Below, piece by piece: positions 58,181 through 64,000 of a stretch of 64,000 nt of DNA. This stretch comes from Poseidonia sp. GTDB taxonomy: Archaea; Thermoplasmatota; Poseidoniia; Poseidoniales; Poseidoniaceae. The translations under genes and the position numbers were made by a program. The first letter of the stretch is position 1; the number at the start of each line of letters is the position of its first letter. A model generated the notes under the pieces. The model was given only the letters and a program-made list of their open reading frames with translations, was not told the DNA's origin and did no database searches. The stretch lies in assembly GCA_016778305.1 (NCBI GenBank), contig JADHPT010000001.1, positions 136,457 through 200,456 on the forward strand. Direction: 5' to 3'.

Positions 58181-58310
58181 TGACTGGGGACTGTCTTTGA
58201 ACCCTTTGATTGTTCACTCACAATAACAATGAAGCAATGAGTTCATAGATGGTAGACGTTTGGTAATCTTGATTGCTATGGGGACTGAGGTCGGACGTAA
58301 CGATACTGGC

Positions 58311-59498
58311 ATGCCTAATTCATCAGATGATGACCTCAAAGAGTTGGAAGAAGCATATGCAAAGTTACGAGACGATTCTCAACAACTCATCAATGAACGA
58401 ACAACACTTGAGGCGGAAATTAGGACCTTGAGGAAAAAGGTTGAGCGCCTTGATGAAAATGTCAACCTCCTCAAAATGCCCCCGTTGATTATTGGGCATC
58501 TACAAGATGTTCTCGACCATGAGCGAGCGATTGTTCGTTCTTCAAACGGAACTGTTTTCCAAGTTTCCTTAAATCAACGACTTGACCCTGACCGCTTGAA
58601 GCCTGGCACGCGTGTCGCACTCAACCAGGACAGCTTATCGGTTATTGAAATCCTCCATGAAGCGTGGGATCCAATGGTCAGTGGTGCTGAGATGACGGAT
58701 AAACCAACCATCTCATACGAAGATGTAGCTGGGTTGGACGAACAAGTAGAATCCGTTCGTGAAGCCATTGAATTACCTCTGTTGAAACCAGAACTCTTCG
58801 AAAAAGTCGGGATTGTACCTCCAAAAGGTGTACTCCTGGTTGGCCCACCCGGCTGCGGCAAAACACTCTTGGCGAAAGCGGTCGCGAATCATACCGATGC
58901 AACATTCATCCGAATGGTAGGTAGTGAACTTGCTCAGAAATACATCGGCGAAGGTGGTAGGATGGTACGAGAACTCTTTTCATTGGCAAAAGAAAAATCT
59001 CCCAGCGTTATCTTCCTTGACGAAATCGATGCCATAGGTGCAAAGCGACTGGATGGCTCCACAAGTGGAGATCGAGAAGTACAACGAACACTCATGCAAC
59101 TTTTGGCAGAACTCGACGGATTTGATGCACTGCAGGATGTGAAGATTATCGCTGCAACCAACAGACCCGATATACTTGATGATGCATTGCTGCGACCGGG
59201 TAGGTTTGACCGTATCATTGAAATCCCCATTCCTGATGATGAATCCCGTAAATCAATACTCAACGTTCATCTCAAATCAATGAATACGAAAAAAATCAAC
59301 GTTCAACGCATTGTCGAACGTACAAAGGGATACTCTGGTGCAGAACTCAAAGCAACATGCGTTGAATCAGGTATGATTGCCATCCGCGCCGGTAGATATA
59401 CAGTGACTCAAAATGATGTATTGGAAGCAGTGACACGCCTCGATAAGAAGCGAAGCCAAGGTACGAGTTTGCGGTCCCCCGAAGCTCTCTATTCTTGA
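58311..59498 (+). CDS. pan: proteasome-activating nucleotidase PAN
   Basis: Coiled-coil N-terminus. Walker A GPPGCGKT. AAA+ second region of homology. Start at ATG 58311. Confidence 0.9.
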   Translation: MPNSSDDDLKELEEAYAKLRDDSQQLINERTTLEAEIRTLRKKVERLDENVNLLKMPPLIIGHLQDVLDHERAIVRSSNGTVFQVSLNQRLDPDRLKPGTRVALNQDSLSVIEILHEAWDPMVSGAEMTDKPTISYEDVAGLDEQVESVREAIELPLLKPELFEKVGIVPPKGVLLVGPPGCGKTLLAKAVANHTDATFIRMVGSELAQKYIGEGGRMVRELFSLAKEKSPSVIFLDEIDAIGAKRLDGSTSGDREVQRTLMQLLAELDGFDALQDVKIIAATNRPDILDDALLRPGRFDRIIEIPIPDDESRKSILNVHLKSMNTKKINVQRIVERTKGYSGAELKATCVESGMIAIRAGRYTVTQNDVLEAVTRLDKKRSQGTSLRSPEALYS

Positions 59499-59544
59499 CT
59501 GCGTATAAAGAACATTCAAAGGCTGCTTCCGATGCAACGGAACT

Positions 59545-60591
59545 ATGATGAGTCCTTTAGTTGAGTGCGTGCCAAACATTTCCGAAGGTCGCGATTTAGA
59601 GAAAATAGACAAAATTGTCAATTCAGTTCGCCAAATTGACGGATGCACGGTGCTCGGAGTTGAACCAGACCACGATTACAACCGAACCGTCATCACCTTC
59701 GCAGGTGCTCCAGGACCTGTATTAGAAGGGGCAGTAGCACTGATCCTCAAAAGCATCGAGCTTCTTGACATGCGCGAACATAAGGGCGAGCATCCACGTT
59801 TGGGAGTTGTTGATGTATGTCCCTTCATCCCCTTAAACGATATGACCATGGATGAGGCTGCTGACCTCGCAAGGGCTGCAGTCGATAAAGTCGCTAACGT
59901 CGCACACGTCCCATTATTTCTCTACGGGGCGGCAGCATCCCACAAGGATCGTTACCTGCTCTCCACATTGAGAAAGGGGGAATATGAAGGCCTTGAAGCA
60001 CGGTTGACGGGAAATGAAAGCACCCATCAAAAAACAACACGTATGCCGGATGCCGGTACAAGTGAATGGACGGAAGTTGTTTCCAAATCAGGTGGCATCA
60101 CCATTGGTGCTCGATCTATACTGGTAGCCTACAATGTTAATATCGGTGAATCAGATGCGAGCGTTGCCAAAAAAATAGCCTCCATTGTTCGTAGCAGTGG
60201 GCGGCTTCTCAAATCAGAGGCAGGTGTTCGGATTCGGACAAGTGGAATGCTTCCGATGGTACAAGGAATGGGAGTCCCCTTAGAGGAATTAGGTATCAGT
60301 CAAGTTTCCATGAATCTTAGGGATGTAGAGCAGTGCCCGTTGCATTTGGCATTTATGGCATGCAAGAGTATCGCAAGCGATCATGGTGTAGAGGTAGTAG
60401 GTAGTGAAATCGTAGGCCTCGTACCACTGAGTGCAGTACTACAAACGGGAGCATTCTTTTCACCACAGGAAACAGATGAGGAAAAACTGGTTCAGGCAGC
60501 GGTGCAAGGACTTGGCCTGAATGAGCATCATGACTTTGATCCTAAAACAGGAATCATAGAATGGGCCCTCGCTGCTGAGGTGGTTCAATGA
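59545..60591 (+). CDS. glutamate formimidoyltransferase (FtcD N-terminal-type domain)
   Basis: CVPNISEGR, NRTVITFAG, HPRLGVVDVCPF. Confidence 0.85.
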   Translation: MMSPLVECVPNISEGRDLEKIDKIVNSVRQIDGCTVLGVEPDHDYNRTVITFAGAPGPVLEGAVALILKSIELLDMREHKGEHPRLGVVDVCPFIPLNDMTMDEAADLARAAVDKVANVAHVPLFLYGAAASHKDRYLLSTLRKGEYEGLEARLTGNESTHQKTTRMPDAGTSEWTEVVSKSGGITIGARSILVAYNVNIGESDASVAKKIASIVRSSGRLLKSEAGVRIRTSGMLPMVQGMGVPLEELGISQVSMNLRDVEQCPLHLAFMACKSIASDHGVEVVGSEIVGLVPLSAVLQTGAFFSPQETDEEKLVQAAVQGLGLNEHHDFDPKTGIIEWALAAEVVQ

Positions 60592-61217
60592 ATTGGATGG
60601 ACATGACCTTGCGTGAGTATCAAGCCGCACTTGCATCATCATCCCCAACACCCGGTGGTGGGACTGCTGCTGCCATTGCCCTAGGCCAAGCCTCAGCCTT
60701 GTCAATCATGGTGTGTGACCTCACATTAGGACGGGAGAAATGGAAAGAAGGTTGGAGTCATGCAGAAAGTACACAACTCCTTGCAATACCGATGTTGAAT
60801 CGAAGTGGCGAACTAGCACAGGCAGATAGCGATGCCTTTGACGATGTGGTGGCAAGTTTTCGTTTGCCAAAAGAATCAGATGATGAAAAGAACGCTCGCA
60901 AGAACGCGATCCGAGATACGACCCTTCGCGCTGCAGAAGTGCCCTTTGAAACCGCCCAACATGCCATGAATCTGTTAGTGAAATTACCTTCTCTTGCTAA
61001 ATATGGTAATGCAAATGCGGTCACGGATGTAGGTGTTGCTAGCCTCCTTGCTAGTGCAGCTGCCAAAGGTGCCCTGTTCAATGTAGAAATTAATCTTCAA
61101 TCGTTACCAGAGAACATGGGTATGGAACTACGCCAACAATTACCCGCTATGAAAGAGAGGATACGGACCTCTGCCAGAGAAGTAATGGATGAAGTCCGAC
61201 TTCGAATGGAAGATTAA
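60588..61217 (+). CDS. formimidoyltetrahydrofolate cyclodeaminase (FtcD C-terminal-type domain)
   Basis: PTPGGGTAAAIALGQASALSIMVCDLTLGREKW. 4-nt overlap with the preceding formimidoyltransferase gene. Confidence 0.8.
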   Translation: MNWMDMTLREYQAALASSSPTPGGGTAAAIALGQASALSIMVCDLTLGREKWKEGWSHAESTQLLAIPMLNRSGELAQADSDAFDDVVASFRLPKESDDEKNARKNAIRDTTLRAAEVPFETAQHAMNLLVKLPSLAKYGNANAVTDVGVASLLASAAAKGALFNVEINLQSLPENMGMELRQQLPAMKERIRTSAREVMDEVRLRMED

Positions 61218-63496
61218 CGAACTTCGGAACCCGTTTCAATGTCTCCATCAACTGTAATGAGTTTGACATTTCCTTTGCCGTCATCCGCTGCAAGCATCAT
61301 CCCCTCTGAGAGAACACCACGGAGGGCTCTGGGCTTCAAATTGGCTACAAATACAACGGATTTCCCAACCATCTCTTCGGGTGAATAATATTGCTTGAGT
61401 CCTGCACAGATGGTGCGAGGCTTATCAGTGCCGTCATCGAGCGTCACGACGTATAATTTGTCAGCATTCGGATGGTCTGCAACTTCTCTGATATGGCCCG
61501 TTCTTAATTCAACCTTCGTGAAGGTTTCAAATTCAAGATACGTTATTCCCTCTATCTCTTCTTTCATCTTTTTCACTTCTTTCTTTTTTCCACCTTTAAC
61601 GCCGTGGACTTGCGATGATTCGCCGGTAGTGTGCTCAACAAGTTCTTCTTCAATTGCTAATATTTCTGCCAGATCGAGTCGTGCGAACAGTGGTTTTGCC
61701 GCACCAGGAATCCAAGTTAGAGGCGCATTCCAATCAACGGCATCGCTCCATAGGCAATCTTCTACCAAGCCGTCGCAACCGAGCATATCCCACAGACGTT
61801 GGGAGCTTGTGGGGAGGAATGGCTGAGTAGTAACGGCTAAAAATCGGGAAATTCTCCAGCAAAATGCCAATGTTGCAAGACTTTCCTCATGACCTTCTTG
61901 AGGTGTTTTGAGGTGTTTCCATGGTGCAGCTGTTTGAAGAATTTGATTTCCATATTGTGCAACATTCATCACCGATCGAAGTGCTTCTTTGTACCTGTGA
62001 CGTTGTAGTGAGGATGTAATCTCGTCCATAATTGTTTCAATACGAAGGCGATGCTGCTCAAGTGATGGATGATCCTTGTGTGATTCAAATGGCGATTCGC
62101 CGTTCGTGGGCTCAGGTAATTTAGCACCCAGTGTTAAGACTCGATGGACAAAATTGCCGTATGCCGCAATTAACTCGGAGTTTACTTTCTCTACAAAATC
62201 AGGCCAATTAAAATCTGTGTCATGATTTTCAGGCATGTTGATGCTGAGATAATATCGAAGTGTATCGGGGTCGTAGCGTTCAAGGAATGATGGTAGCCAC
62301 ACTGCATGCTTCCTTGATTTTGAAAACTGACCTCCTGATAGCATCAAGTATTCCATTGCGGGCACGTTGGCTTCGAGTGCATAATCTCCGGGGCCAGGTA
62401 ATGATATTGGGTCTTGGGCTGTCTTTCCATTGTTGACATGATTAAGCCCCATGAGAATCGCTGGCCAAATCACTGTGTGAAACGGGATGTTATCCTTGCC
62501 GAGGAAGTAGAGGTGTCGAGGTTCTTTCCCGTCTTGAGATATGGTCCACCAATCTTGCCATGCCATTGACCCCTTTGGATGGCCTCCTGCATGCAATTGA
62601 GACCAGATTTGTGAACACGTTGAATATCCCTGTACTGCTTCAAACCAAACGTAGATGCATTTTCCACTCCAACTCTCGCCGGCCATGGGGACGGGTATTC
62701 CCCAGCTCAGGTCGCGGGTCACCGCACGTGGGCGGAGTCCCATGTCAAGCCATTGTTTTGTCATGGCACGCACATTTGCTTTCCAAACAGGGTGTCTATG
62801 TTTGGCATGTTCCTCTAAAGCTTCTTGGAAGAGGTCCAGTCGATAGAAGAGGTGTTCTGTTTCGCGAATTTCTACCTTGAATGTAGGGTTCATTTTGGAA
62901 ATTGGACTCTTGAGTTCTACTGATTCATAGGTTGCACCGCAAGCATCACACTGATCTCCGCGTGCTCCGTCTTCACTGCATGCGGGGCATGTTCCCTCGA
63001 CATAACGGTCAGGGAGGAATCTCCCTGAACCGTCTGGATTGATTTCGTAATATTGTTCCATGGTTTTGCGAAGGAAGAAGTCAGCCTCCTCAAGGGCAGT
63101 AAAATTAGCTTGAACCATGTCTTTGTGCGCTGGATCTGACGTACGATTGAAGAGTGCTCCTCCATATTCAGGACCCCTCTTGTCTACATTCGTCGCCCAT
63201 GCACATCCTAGTTTGAGAAGAGCTGCCAGGTTCATTTCGTGGTACTCATCAACAACTGCTTGAGGTGAGATTCCATGTTGTTCCGCTGTAACGGTGATTG
63301 GCGTACCGTGTTCATCAGACCCAGACACCATTAACACGCGATTCCCTAGCGCTCGCTCAAATCGGAATTGTATGTCGGGTGGCAGATAACATCCCGCAAC
63401 ATGGCCGAGATGCAGTGGACCGTTAGCATAGGGCCATGCGACGCAAATGAGGACGTGTTCATCAGACAATACGGTCCCCTCGCTTCCCCCAGCCAC
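61214..63496 (-). CDS. metG: methionyl-tRNA synthetase with C-terminal tRNA-binding domain
   Basis: HLGH (ANGPLHLGHVAG). KMSKS-type QFSKSRK. Zinc knuckle CPACSEDGARGDQCDACG. C-terminal EMAP/Trbp111-like OB domain. Confidence 0.9.
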   Translation of the reverse strand: MAGGSEGTVLSDEHVLICVAWPYANGPLHLGHVAGCYLPPDIQFRFERALGNRVLMVSGSDEHGTPITVTAEQHGISPQAVVDEYHEMNLAALLKLGCAWATNVDKRGPEYGGALFNRTSDPAHKDMVQANFTALEEADFFLRKTMEQYYEINPDGSGRFLPDRYVEGTCPACSEDGARGDQCDACGATYESVELKSPISKMNPTFKVEIRETEHLFYRLDLFQEALEEHAKHRHPVWKANVRAMTKQWLDMGLRPRAVTRDLSWGIPVPMAGESWSGKCIYVWFEAVQGYSTCSQIWSQLHAGGHPKGSMAWQDWWTISQDGKEPRHLYFLGKDNIPFHTVIWPAILMGLNHVNNGKTAQDPISLPGPGDYALEANVPAMEYLMLSGGQFSKSRKHAVWLPSFLERYDPDTLRYYLSINMPENHDTDFNWPDFVEKVNSELIAAYGNFVHRVLTLGAKLPEPTNGESPFESHKDHPSLEQHRLRIETIMDEITSSLQRHRYKEALRSVMNVAQYGNQILQTAAPWKHLKTPQEGHEESLATLAFCWRISRFLAVTTQPFLPTSSQRLWDMLGCDGLVEDCLWSDAVDWNAPLTWIPGAAKPLFARLDLAEILAIEEELVEHTTGESSQVHGVKGGKKKEVKKMKEEIEGITYLEFETFTKVELRTGHIREVADHPNADKLYVVTLDDGTDKPRTICAGLKQYYSPEEMVGKSVVFVANLKPRALRGVLSEGMMLAADDGKGNVKLITVDGDIETGSEVR

Positions 63497-63622
63497 CTCC
63501 GCTTCTTGAGGTTCACCCTCTGAAAGAGGTGAATAAGGGATTTTAAATCGTGCGTCATTTTGAAGAACCCTTCTCGCGTGGATGGTATTACACCCGCAAG
63601 GTCAGGGGCCCCTCGAGATCCA

Positions 63623-64000
63623 TGAATTATTCAACAATGGCAGCGGTCGTAACCGCATCAGACACAACGGGTGGAGGCGATGTAGGTCTCCTCGTATTCT
63701 ACATTTCGCTAGCACTTGGAGTATCATTCATTTGTTCGATTCTCGAAGCAGTCGTTCTTTCTACACCGCAAACTCACGTAAGTTTATTGCTGAAAGACGG
63801 GAAAAAGACCGGTGCAATGTGGGAGCATCTCAAAGATGATGATTCAGTTCGGCCCTTGACGGCAATTCTCACGCTCAATACGGTCGCCCACACCATGGGT
63901 GCGGCGGGGGTAGGTTCGCAAGTACAACGTATCTGGGGAGATGAGGTCCTCACCCTTGCATCATTTATCCTCACCTTGGCAGTCCTCTTCCTCTCTGAAA
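63623..64000 (+). CDS. CNNM/CorC-type (DUF21-CBS) transporter, 5' part only (runs off window)
   Basis: ATG 63623, open to the window end. DUF21 signature LEAVVLSTPQTHVSLLLKDGKKTG...ILTLNTVAHTMGAAGVG. Confidence 0.65.

Noticed and set aside
1-64000. Scanned for CRISPR arrays, transposases/IS elements, integrases and defence-island signatures
   Set aside because: No short regularly spaced repeats. No transposase/integrase-like ORFs. No nuclease/helicase/RT clusters. The only AAA+ ATPase is PAN and the only ABC ATPase belongs to an exporter.

Overview
Dense, almost gap-free archaeal chromosomal segment of about 50% GC with no mobile elements and no CRISPR arrays.

Archaeal origin is shown by eukaryote-type r-proteins (S19e, L39e, L31e, S17e), Kae1, PAN, MBF1, tRNA-splicing endonuclease, archease, Tsr3 and a 7S/SRP RNA. 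The acidic proteome, secreted peptidases, the giant Ser/Thr-rich surface protein and the aerobic-heterotroph gene set (class-2 DHODH, PntAB, Hut pathway, methylmalonyl-CoA genes) suggest a marine Thermoplasmatota / Marine-Group-II-like euryarchaeon. That placement is inference.

All family assignments rest on motifs I recognise by eye; no searches were run. Three features are absent from the ORF track: a type-IA topoisomerase running off the 5' edge (1..2390, minus), an SRP RNA (4585..4880) and tRNA-Val(GAC) with encoded CCA (43953..44029). A CNNM/DUF21 gene runs off the 3' edge.

Metabolic content includes:
- a complete histidine-to-glutamate route (hutH, hutU, hutI plus FtcD-type formiminotransferase and cyclodeaminase), dispersed over about 20 kb;
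- a preQ0 (7-deazaguanine) operon: RHH-folE-queE-queC::msrB-queD;
- methylmalonyl-CoA mutase plus epimerase;
- pntAA-pntAB-pntB;
- fdhD plus a YdeP/FdhF-like molybdoenzyme plus MFS;
- an ABC exporter.

Candidates for genuinely unusual biology, none provable from sequence alone:
1. A QueC domain lacking its Cys4 zinc site, fused to an MsrB domain.
2. TatC fused to a 200-aa Cys-bearing soluble domain.
3. A giant surface glycoprotein translationally coupled to a 64-aa Cys/His-rich ORF and a PqqD/RRE-like protein.
4. A two-gene zinc-ribbon / EF-hand (4x) acidic membrane-protein module.
5. A K/R/E-rich gene after kae1 with no canonical start codon for about 145 codons.
6. An orphan archaeal-type (CxxxY) CcmE.
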